DNA of 20,000 nt from an uncultured virus (IMG/VR IMGVR_UViG_3300036944_000852) (taxonomy: Duplodnaviria > Heunggongvirae > Uroviricota > Caudoviricetes): the IMG/VR virus record IMGVR_UViG_3300036944_000852. One strand, given 5' to 3'. Positions within the stretch are counted from its first letter, which is position 1; every line of letters begins with the position of its first letter. Shown piece by piece: positions 1-7,124 of the stretch. The notes under the pieces are model-generated. The model saw only the letters and a program-made list of their open reading frames with translations. It did no database searches and had not been told where the DNA came from. The position numbers and the translations under genes were made by a program.

Positions 1-141
1 ATTAACTCAAGACCACTTGACGAGGAGCATGTGCCGAACGTTCGACTCTCACAGGCTCTGCGTGACGAGGGTTATGATATAAGCGCAAGTGCAGTAGATA
101 GACACCGTCGCGGTACATGTTCATGCAATAGGCTAAAGTAG
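1..141 (+). CDS. Partial (5'-truncated) small phage protein, HTH-like with C-terminal HRRGxCxC motif
   Basis: Frame 1 is open from base 1: INSRPLDEEHVPNVRLSQALRDEGYDISASAVDRHRRGTCSCNRLK, stop TAG at 139-141. A GGAG RBS for the next gene follows directly. Not in the supplied ORF track. It resembles small proteins I recall upstream of actinophage metallophosphoesterases. Confidence 0.7.
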   Translation: MNSRPLDEEHVPNVRLSQALRDEGYDISASAVDRHRRGTCSCNRLK

Positions 142-149
142 GGAGACTC

Positions 150-1346
150 ATGAGCCTGTCAGAAAAATTAGAAAAGTTACGCTCACCGGGGCAGAGCGGA
201 TCTGACGTTAGAGTTACAAAAACACCAGAAGACTGGCGTCCCCGAATGGACTTGGACACAGCTAGAGGTGGTTTTGTTGTAGGAAGCCCTAGAGCAGCTG
301 GAGAAATTACAGACGCCTCTACGGTACTAGAAGAGTTTGGTCTTAGCCACCAAGAGTGGTCCGTAACCTCTATGCGAAGAGGCAAGTGGCAAAAACACGA
401 TGGCGACTGGCTAGAGTCAGTCCGTGTGAATTTAGTACCTGCTACAGGCTCGGTTGGGGATCAACTAGATGTAGAAAAACTATCAGATCAACTAAAAAAG
501 TGGCGTCCAGCTAAAGGTATAAAGAAATCTACCGGCTCTGGCGCTTTTTTAATTGGAGCTGCAGACCAGCAGATTGGTAAAAAAGCCAACGGCTCCGGGA
601 CAGAACAATCAATAGATAGAATTTTAACCCTGACAGAGAAAGCGGTGAACAGGTTTGAAGCTTATAAAAAGGCTGGTATTTCTCCTGGAACTATATGCTT
701 GGCGCTACTCGGCGATCACGTGGAAGGAAACGTCAGCCAAGGCGGACGACTCCAAGGATTAGCAGCATCTGACTTAGGTCTAACAGAGCAGACTAGAGTT
801 GCACGTCGCCTTCTACTTGCACAAATAAAGGCACTAGCACCTCTAGTTGACAGACTTATTGTTCCTGTAATTAACGGAAACCACGACGAGGTAACTCGTC
901 AGGTAGCTGCAGATCCAGCAGATGGCTGGAACGTAGAGATTGCTTCTGCGGTGCAAGACATATGTGCGGAAAACCCTGAACTAGCTCACGTTGAGTTTAG
1001 GTATCCAAGTTCTGGACACCAGACCCTAACAGTGGACGTTGAAGGCACAATGCTGGGCCTATTCCACGGGCACCAAGCAAACCAAAACAACGTTATGAAG
1101 TACCTTTCACAGCAAGCAGCCGGCCAGACCGCACTAGGCGGGGCCGATGTTTGGATCTCTGGACACTTCCACAATTTCAGAGCTATGGACATCGGAGAAC
1201 GATTGTGGCTCCAGTGCCCAACCACAGACCCAGGGAGCGAGTGGTTCCGCGATAGAGCAGGTATGGAATCTAAGCCAGGACTGCTGACAATGGTAATCGG
1301 CGGAGAGTATAACTCTAGAGAGTTCATATCGGTACTAGGCTTATAA
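150..1346 (+). CDS. Calcineurin-like metallophosphoesterase (Mre11/SbcD-like phage nuclease or phosphoesterase)
   Basis: All five metallophosphoesterase motifs in order: AADQQIG (DxH variant), LLGDHVEG, NGNHDE, LFHGH, SGHFH. GGAG RBS upstream. Confidence 0.88.
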   Translation: MSLSEKLEKLRSPGQSGSDVRVTKTPEDWRPRMDLDTARGGFVVGSPRAAGEITDASTVLEEFGLSHQEWSVTSMRRGKWQKHDGDWLESVRVNLVPATGSVGDQLDVEKLSDQLKKWRPAKGIKKSTGSGAFLIGAADQQIGKKANGSGTEQSIDRILTLTEKAVNRFEAYKKAGISPGTICLALLGDHVEGNVSQGGRLQGLAASDLGLTEQTRVARRLLLAQIKALAPLVDRLIVPVINGNHDEVTRQVAADPADGWNVEIASAVQDICAENPELAHVEFRYPSSGHQTLTVDVEGTMLGLFHGHQANQNNVMKYLSQQAAGQTALGGADVWISGHFHNFRAMDIGERLWLQCPTTDPGSEWFRDRAGMESKPGLLTMVIGGEYNSREFISVLGL

Positions 1347-1347
1347 A

Positions 1348-1980
1348 GTGGAAAAAAACTTTTTTAAAATACACGTAGGCAGTCTCGCTAGAAGTGGTAG
1401 CACTTACTTAAGATACTTAATAGAAAACCAGTATGATTCGCCGCTTAAGACTCAGAAGAGCCACAACCCAAAAGAGCATGAAGCTAGAGCTGATAGAGAT
1501 TTTAGCTGTGATGAATTTGTCTTTGCAGTTAGAGCCCCAATAGACACTTTGAAGTCGCAACTAGTGTGGAGATTGGTTGATAAGCCACTTGATCGCGATT
1601 TAGTCAGATCCGTATTAAATGAGGCTTCGCACCTCTGGGAGGTAGTGCTCAGTGCCCCCGAGGAGTTTTTTATCGTTGACTTCGAGGCAATTACATCAAA
1701 AGAATCAGAGATAATGGCTGCTCTAGAGGCTAAACACCCTTCCTTGCTGGATCTAAAGTCAAAAACGTCTTTAACTACAGATAATGTTAAGTCAAAGCTT
1801 GAGTACTCTAGTAAGGACGGCCTAGGCCCTATCGAATACATAGAGCGAGGACACTTACCTAGACAGGCGTCCAATAACAGTGATTTGGTGGAGTCCGAAT
1901 TGGCTTCTAAGTTCTATACTCACAGAATTAATTACCTAGAAAGTCTTTATCAAGAATTAATTAGCCGCAAGGAGGCGTAG
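1348..1980 (+). CDS. PAPS-dependent sulfotransferase-like protein
   Basis: N-terminal 5'-PSB-like loop SLARSGSTYL, then KSH, a 3'-PB-like motif VRAPIDTLKS (R-x-P-x-D-x3-S), and IVDFEAI (matches the typical 'v.YE.l'). GTG start 1 nt after the previous stop. Confidence 0.7.
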   Translation: MEKNFFKIHVGSLARSGSTYLRYLIENQYDSPLKTQKSHNPKEHEARADRDFSCDEFVFAVRAPIDTLKSQLVWRLVDKPLDRDLVRSVLNEASHLWEVVLSAPEEFFIVDFEAITSKESEIMAALEAKHPSLLDLKSKTSLTTDNVKSKLEYSSKDGLGPIEYIERGHLPRQASNNSDLVESELASKFYTHRINYLESLYQELISRKEA

Positions 1981-1981
1981 T

Positions 1982-2746
1982 TTGATAGTTTTACTATTCG
2001 GCCTACCAGGATCAGGAAAAACTGCGCTAGCCGAAAAGCTCCTTGAGCATGTTGACGCTATCCACATCAATGCAGATCAAGTTAGAGCCGATCTTAGCTC
2101 AGATCTAGGGTTCTCCATAGCGGACAGGCTAGAGCAAGCCAGAAGAGTAGGCGCGGTATCTAGGCTACTATCCGATCAAGGCAAAGTTGTGATTGCTGAT
2201 TTCGTAAACCCAACCTCGGAAACACGGGCAGCATTTGGCGAAGCCGCCCTTAAGGTCTGGGTCAATAGGATAGATAAAGGTAGATTCGAAGATACGAACT
2301 CTATTTGGCAGGTACCAGCCACCACTGACTATGATCTAGAAGTAACTAGCGGGCTGTCGCTAGAAGAAGAGAAAAATCTAATTTTAGAAAAGACCGGTCT
2401 CATTGACTGGAAAAAACCAACAACACTGATGCTGGGCAGGTACCAACCTTGGCACGAGGGACACGAGGCACTGAAGGATGAAGCACACAAAAGAACCGAT
2501 CAAGTCCTCGTGGGTATCCGGGATACTCACGGCACTTCGGAAAAAGATCCACTTACTTATGACGAAGTTGTCGGATACATACATCAAAATAGCAAAGGAC
2601 GAGTGGGGACTCTAATCCTGAAGCTCCCCAACATCACAAACATCGTGTACGGCAGAGATGTCGGTTACAAGATTGAAAAGATTGAACTTAGCCCAGAGAT
2701 GCAGGAAATCTCTGCTACTAAGAAGCGCGAGGAACTAGGGCTATAA
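1982..2746 (+). CDS. cysC: Adenylyl-sulfate (APS) kinase fused to a C-terminal HxGH (cytidyltransferase-like) nucleotidyltransferase domain
   Basis: P-loop GLPGSGKT and CysC-like segment NADQVRADLSSDLGFSIADRLEQARRVG ... VIADFVNP. The C-terminal domain begins MLGRYQPWHEGH (HxGH). TTG start with AAGGAGG RBS. Confidence 0.8.
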   Translation: MIVLLFGLPGSGKTALAEKLLEHVDAIHINADQVRADLSSDLGFSIADRLEQARRVGAVSRLLSDQGKVVIADFVNPTSETRAAFGEAALKVWVNRIDKGRFEDTNSIWQVPATTDYDLEVTSGLSLEEEKNLILEKTGLIDWKKPTTLMLGRYQPWHEGHEALKDEAHKRTDQVLVGIRDTHGTSEKDPLTYDEVVGYIHQNSKGRVGTLILKLPNITNIVYGRDVGYKIEKIELSPEMQEISATKKREELGL

Positions 2747-2949
2747 TGCTTTACTCTAGAAAAATTTCTATCACTAAAGCCTTAACTTACAGACTTTGGC
2801 AAAGCATAAATACTTTTTTGATTGCCCTACTTTTTACTGGCAAATTTGAAACAGCTGCGCAAATAGTCAGCGTCGAGGTTGTTGTAAAAGTTGTGGTGTA
2901 CTATTGGCACGAACGCATCTGGGCAAGGATAGGCAAAAACAAGAAGTGA
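2746..2949 (+). CDS. DUF2061-like small membrane protein
   Basis: 67 aa with pattern SITKALTYR...hydrophobic helices...YYWHERIW, as I recall for DUF2061. ATG overlaps the upstream TAA (TAATG). Confidence 0.8.
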   Translation: MLYSRKISITKALTYRLWQSINTFLIALLFTGKFETAAQIVSVEVVVKVVVYYWHERIWARIGKNKK

Positions 2950-4007
2950 AAGTAGCAGTCTACACAATCGCACTTAATGAAGAGCAGTTTATACAGCGCT
3001 GGTATGAAAGCGCTAAAGAAGCTGACTATCTCTTAATTGCAGATACAGGTAGCACAGATGGTACCCGAGAAACTGCAATTAAGCTTGGGATCAATGTGAT
3101 AGACGTCTCTATTAAACCTTGGAGATTTGACGATGCTAGAAATGCTTCTCTAGCCGCTCTTCCAGTAGACATAGATATGTGCGTGCAGCTTGACATGGAT
3201 GAGATTCTTCTCCCAGGGTGGCGCACTGAAATTGAAAGCGCCGCTAACCAGGGCGCTACTAGAATTCGATACAACTACACCTGGAACTGGAAAGACGAAG
3301 CTCAGACAATTCCAGCTACAACATTTGGTGGAGACAAGATTCACGCAAGGCACGGCTATAGATGGAAGCATCCAGTGCATGAGGTGATAGTTCCCTACGG
3401 CAACACCGTAGAGAAGCAAGTGTGGACTAAGTTGGAGCTTCATCACCATCCGGACAATACAAAATCTAGAGGGCAGTATCTCCCACTTTTGAAGCTATCT
3501 ACGGAAGAAGACCCTCATGACGATAGAAATGCGTACTACTACGCTAGAGAGCTGTTCTTCTATAGAAACTATGAAGCTGCGGCCAAAGAGTTTAAACGTC
3601 ATCTAGATCTTCCTAGGGCTGTCTGGCCACCAGAAAGAGCGGCTTCAATGAGATACCTAGCAAAAATCGAAGTAGAGCATCGAGAAGATTGGCTACTCAA
3701 GGCTTACATGCAAGCTCCAGGGCGTAGAGAGCCCTTAGTGGAGCTAGCTCAGCACTTCTACGAGCTAGAATCATGGGCATCGTGCTTACATTTTGCTCGC
3801 AAGGCCTTAGAAATAGAAGAGAAGCCAATGGACTTTCTCTGCGAGGATTTCGCATGGGGCTACCTGCCATGGGACTTAGCCGCAATATCCTCTTACTACC
3901 TCGGTGAAGTGGAAGAAGCTAGAATTTACGGAACTACCGCTTTAGACCTAGATCCAGAAAATCCTAGGTTATTAGCTAATATGAAGTTTTATACTAAAGA
4001 AAATTAA
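2946..4007 (+). CDS. Family 2 glycosyltransferase with C-terminal TPR repeats
   Basis: GT-A motifs IALNEE, IADTGSTDGT, FDDARN, LDMDE (DxD) and WKHPVHE, followed by TPR-like helices (AYYYARELF, EPLVELAQHFY, ALDLDPEN). Probable start is GTG at 2946, overlapping the upstream stop (GTGA), rather than 2904. Confidence 0.9.
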   Translation: MKVAVYTIALNEEQFIQRWYESAKEADYLLIADTGSTDGTRETAIKLGINVIDVSIKPWRFDDARNASLAALPVDIDMCVQLDMDEILLPGWRTEIESAANQGATRIRYNYTWNWKDEAQTIPATTFGGDKIHARHGYRWKHPVHEVIVPYGNTVEKQVWTKLELHHHPDNTKSRGQYLPLLKLSTEEDPHDDRNAYYYARELFFYRNYEAAAKEFKRHLDLPRAVWPPERAASMRYLAKIEVEHREDWLLKAYMQAPGRREPLVELAQHFYELESWASCLHFARKALEIEEKPMDFLCEDFAWGYLPWDLAAISSYYLGEVEEARIYGTTALDLDPENPRLLANMKFYTKEN

Positions 4008-4465
4008 TTCTCTTCTTTTTTAGAATTAATAACGTGAAATGCATCAACCGCATTAGCACTTGTTCTGCTTTGCCAAGTAAACTGACAGCTATTGCATCTG
4101 ACAACTCTCATGGTTGCCCAGCGGCCACCGTCAGGGCGCTCTACAGTTGCGGTCTGTAGGTGGTCTGTCTTTGCTCGGCAACTAGGGCATAGCGGGAAGC
4201 GCTTGTATCGCATCTCTTGACCGTCCCAATTTACGGAAAGAGTGTTTCTGATTTGGCCAGAGTCTAGGCCACCCCAGATTCCCCATATTTGCTTGTTATC
4301 TAGCGCCCATTTAGCGCAGTCGCGTTTAACGGGGCAACTGTTACAGAGCTTTTTGGCTTCCCATTGCTGGGCAGGTTTGTTAGCAAAAAAATTATCTATT
4401 TTATCAAAGTTCTCAGGTTTAGCACACTGAGCGTCCTCATGCCAATCGGGGCCATTAGTCCACAT
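4004..4465 (-). CDS. whiB: WhiB-family transcription factor with C-terminal zinc-ribbon extension
   Basis: C-x26-C-x2-C-x5-C plus the GIWGG turn, with an extra CPSC-x27-CNSC. Start placed at ATG 4465 because GGAGGT lies 5 nt upstream (ORF track gives 4489). Confidence 0.88.
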   Translation of the reverse strand: MWTNGPDWHEDAQCAKPENFDKIDNFFANKPAQQWEAKKLCNSCPVKRDCAKWALDNKQIWGIWGGLDSGQIRNTLSVNWDGQEMRYKRFPLCPSCRAKTDHLQTATVERPDGGRWATMRVVRCNSCQFTWQSRTSANAVDAFHVINSKKEEN

Positions 4466-4793
4466 AAGCGACCTCCACAAAAGTGGCATCGTAATCTAAA
4501 TCTGGATCATTGTCATCGCAGTAGATCGGGACAATATCGTCTCCGTCGTCATATCTATATCCGGCCCTGGTTACAGTAGAGCTTTCAATTAAGCCATACC
4601 CCTGACCCGTGGAAGTTGATATGCCTTCTCTAAGTAGGCTTTTCACTAGAGAACGTCTAGCTAAGTCGTCATCGTCTAGGTACACATGCTCGTTTAAGTA
4701 GAAAACAATAGAGTCAGAGTGAAGTTCCCGGGGGAAATCGTCACCCTCCCATATAATCCAGACAGGCTCGGATATAGCTTTTTTACGTATCAT
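4455..4793 (-). CDS. Hypothetical acidic phage protein
   Basis: 112-aa ORF colinear with its neighbours, overlapping the whiB start by 11 nt. No recognisable motif. Confidence 0.75.
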   Translation of the reverse strand: MIRKKAISEPVWIIWEGDDFPRELHSDSIVFYLNEHVYLDDDDLARRSLVKSLLREGISTSTGQGYGLIESSTVTRAGYRYDDGDDIVPIYCDDNDPDLDYDATFVEVAYVD

Positions 4794-4842
4794 AGTTATA
4801 AACTAACTACAATAAGCAGTAAGTTTACCGTAAATTACAATT

Positions 4843-5334
4843 TTACTTTATAGGCCAGATATAGTCATAAGATTCCGGCCTACGTCCAGTATCTTCCGGC
4901 CAGTCAAATTGCGAGTACCATTCATAGTCTTTGTTTAGCAGGGCCATCCTGTGGCTAGCAGCAATTTCATCGAAGAGCTGCTTATTTTTCATCCAAGCTG
5001 GCAATCTATGATTTTCTTTAGTTATACGTCCAAGCTTTATTGCTTGAATATATGTAATCAGAGTTTTCTGCCCGATAGTTGTTTTATATCCACGCTTCTC
5101 CCATTCCATAGTCATCTTGAGGATGTATGAAACTAAAGCACCCTCGTGCCCACGCCACATCTTCACGGCTGGGTGGTTACTCCAGCCTTTAGATACTCGG
5201 TGATTACCTTGAGGGTCTAGCTGAACCAGGTTCATAAGAATCTGCCACCCCTCTAGAGCTTGCTTATTTAGGCGAGCGCGGTCTAGTACTTTGGCTGTGT
5301 CTGCTGAGCCTAGCAGCGGTACAAATGTTTGCAT
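4843..5334 (-). CDS. MSMEG_6728-family / pyrimidine-dimer DNA glycosylase (T4 endonuclease V-like)
   Basis: MQTFVP...LDRARLNKQALEGWQIL...GWSNHPAVKMWRGHE...EWEKRGY...SHRMALL..K...WY...Y.WP pattern typical of this family. Confidence 0.85.
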   Translation of the reverse strand: MQTFVPLLGSADTAKVLDRARLNKQALEGWQILMNLVQLDPQGNHRVSKGWSNHPAVKMWRGHEGALVSYILKMTMEWEKRGYKTTIGQKTLITYIQAIKLGRITKENHRLPAWMKNKQLFDEIAASHRMALLNKDYEWYSQFDWPEDTGRRPESYDYIWPIK

Positions 5335-5369
5335 AACTAAAAGTTAGCAGCATTTATATTTTTTGTCAA
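5335..5369 (-). promoter_or_regulatory. SigA/sigma70-type promoter giving a leaderless transcript of the glycosylase gene
   Basis: Minus strand reads TTGACA (5369-5364), 17-nt spacer ending TGC, TAACTT (5346-5341), 6 nt, then ATG (5334). Perfect -35, extended -10 and no SD sequence. Confidence 0.8.
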
Positions 5370-5624
5370 CTACAACCCAAAAGGTTTTACAGTGCTCTGC
5401 TTAACTGAACCAAATACCGTAATTTGGAAAATCTCAGCTGCCAACGTTTGCTCGATCTCATTGATGGTTTCGGCTTTAGGGTAAGAGACTTTAAGCTCTA
5501 TGCTAACTTTTTCAGCCACGTCAGAAAGCTCTACACCTAAGAACTTAGCAATCTCTTTAGTGGCCAACTCCTGCGCTTCAGCTAGAGTCGATGCTACAAG
5601 CTTTAGCTCAAAGGATGTTCTCAT
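5370..5624 (-). CDS. Hypothetical protein
   Basis: 84-aa ORF coupled to the upstream gene by a TAATG overlap at 5624. Confidence 0.75.
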   Translation of the reverse strand: MRTSFELKLVASTLAEAQELATKEIAKFLGVELSDVAEKVSIELKVSYPKAETINEIEQTLAAEIFQITVFGSVKQSTVKPFGL

Positions 5625-6061
5625 TAGTTGGCCTTTCTTATGCGCTTTTCTAGCTTGTAAGGCGAGTAGTGGACGCCCTTAAGTTCTGGTTTCTTTCCGT
5701 CAGTATCGTTGAGGATAACGTCACCATAGCGAACTGCAACCACTGTACCGCGGCGACCATTGTGGATAGGCCCGAGCTTATCTGTGAAAGCGTCTGCCTT
5801 AACGCGAACAACATCTCCAACCGTGATCTGTCCCGGCTGGAGTGGGATCCACGTATAGTCATTCTCGTCTTCATCTACTTTAAGCACAACTCCGCGTGCA
5901 ATAAGCGGAAATACCTTAAGGACCTCATCTTTGATGTTGTCACTTAGGTCTGGGATAGTTTCCCAGGCATCGAGAAGCTTCATGATAGCTTTACCCGATC
6001 CGACTTTAATTTTGGCAGCCTGAAGTTGTTCGACTACCCATTCTCTGTTAATTTCTGGCAT
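5624..6061 (-). CDS. Hypothetical protein with C-terminal SH3/KOW-like beta domain
   Basis: 145 aa. The C-terminal ITVGDVVRV...NGRRGTVVAV..GDVIL pattern resembles a KOW/SH3 fold. Coupled to the upstream stop, with AGGAGAGG RBS. Confidence 0.7.
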   Translation of the reverse strand: MPEINREWVVEQLQAAKIKVGSGKAIMKLLDAWETIPDLSDNIKDEVLKVFPLIARGVVLKVDEDENDYTWIPLQPGQITVGDVVRVKADAFTDKLGPIHNGRRGTVVAVRYGDVILNDTDGKKPELKGVHYSPYKLEKRIRKAN

Positions 6062-7071
6062 TATGTCCTCTCCTGAATAGATTCTAGCAGGTCTTTTCGT
6101 AGCATAGTCACTACCTCATTGGTACTCGGCAATGCGTCCATGTAATCTCTAAACTGATTGCGAGCAAGTTCTTGTCTGTCATATTGGTCCATATCTTCTA
6201 CTTGATATGCCAACTGTGACCAGGATTCCGAGAAGCCAGCTGTATCCTGCCAATATGTCACAATTGGGACATTTAAATTCAGCCCCTGTATGTATCTATA
6301 GCTCCACCATGTGCCAACCTTACGGTCCTGAGGGGCCACTATTAATCCTATTGATTTAGATATACTGAGATCCACCTCTAAATCGCGAGGTTTCTTGCCC
6401 TCGGATACTGGTGTACCCGGAAGTCTAAGTGTCTTAGCGAGAGCACCCCACCAAGAGCTTTTATAGTTATCTACTGCCCATAGCGAGTTTTTTGCCGCAA
6501 TCAAAATAGACTGTCTATCTATCAAAAATGAATCAACGTTTACCCCTATAGCCCTAGAAACCGGGACAATTCCGGTTGCTTCAGAAACTTGATCGACTGA
6601 TCTCCATGGAAGCAGTGGTACGTAAGTCTTAGGCCATGGAATTGATTTTAATTTGTCGGCAAGATTTACGAAAGAGTCCGCGTATTTAGCTCTTGCAATA
6701 GAGTAGTCCTTTCTAGAACTATACATCGAGCCAAAGATTTGAAGCGGGTTCTTTATAAAAGAATTAAAACTGTTTTTAAATTGCCAGATCTGCGGCCCAT
6801 CTACCACGACTCTAAGTTTCGGGGACTCGTACAGCAGATTCAATATGTGCAATGCGCCATATATTTTATTGGCGGATAGTGCCGTTGGAGGGGTCAACCC
6901 AACTACAACTAAATCGTAAGATTCTAAGTCGGACCTAGTCCAGGAGAGATTTGGCTCGCATATAGTGACTTCAGCAAACTCGGAGAACGCTTTCAGCAAT
7001 CCCCTGAAAAAAGTCATATTGCCCTTGTCAGAGCAATGAGCAGATGCCATACCAGTCATTAGAATTTTCAT
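6061..7071 (-). CDS. Putative GT-B-fold glycosyltransferase-like protein
   Basis: 336 aa. N-terminal MKILMTG, YDLVVVG, and C-terminal SIGLIVAP...WWSYRYIQGLNLNVPIV are reminiscent of GT-B enzymes. TAAGGA RBS. The CDS is solid; the function is tentative. Confidence 0.55.
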   Translation of the reverse strand: MKILMTGMASAHCSDKGNMTFFRGLLKAFSEFAEVTICEPNLSWTRSDLESYDLVVVGLTPPTALSANKIYGALHILNLLYESPKLRVVVDGPQIWQFKNSFNSFIKNPLQIFGSMYSSRKDYSIARAKYADSFVNLADKLKSIPWPKTYVPLLPWRSVDQVSEATGIVPVSRAIGVNVDSFLIDRQSILIAAKNSLWAVDNYKSSWWGALAKTLRLPGTPVSEGKKPRDLEVDLSISKSIGLIVAPQDRKVGTWWSYRYIQGLNLNVPIVTYWQDTAGFSESWSQLAYQVEDMDQYDRQELARNQFRDYMDALPSTNEVVTMLRKDLLESIQERT

Positions 7072-7084
7072 TTTTATTCCTTAG

Positions 7085-7113
7085 AAAAAAGCGGGGTGGT
7101 TTCCCACCCCGCT
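7085..7113 (-). terminator. Rho-independent terminator
   Basis: Minus strand GCGGGGTGG-GAAA-CCACCCCGC followed by TTTTTT: perfect 9-bp GC-rich stem with a GNRA loop, just downstream of the DUF669 gene stop. Confidence 0.9.
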
Positions 7114-7124
7114 CAATCATTTTA

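Noticed and set aside
2904..2945. ORF-track start of the GT2 gene at 2904
   Set aside because: It would overlap the DUF2061 gene by 46 nt. The GT-A fold starts at (M)KVAVY, and GTG 2946 gives a typical 4-nt coupling.
2..3885. Opposite-strand and alternate-frame ORFs (2-385, 986-1327, 1452-1874, 2384-2587, 3026-3274, 3150-3449, 3190-3387, 3697-3885)
   Set aside because: They overlap well-supported + strand genes and show no recognisable motifs, so they are shadow ORFs.
4466..4489. ORF-track start of whiB at 4489
   Set aside because: A GGAGGT SD sequence lies inside this stretch, 5 nt before ATG 4465, which is the better start.
4794..4842. AT-rich gap as a promoter or terminator
   Set aside because: A TAGTTT 6 nt before ATG 4793 could be a leaderless -10, but there is no convincing -35 or stable hairpin. 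Too weak to call.
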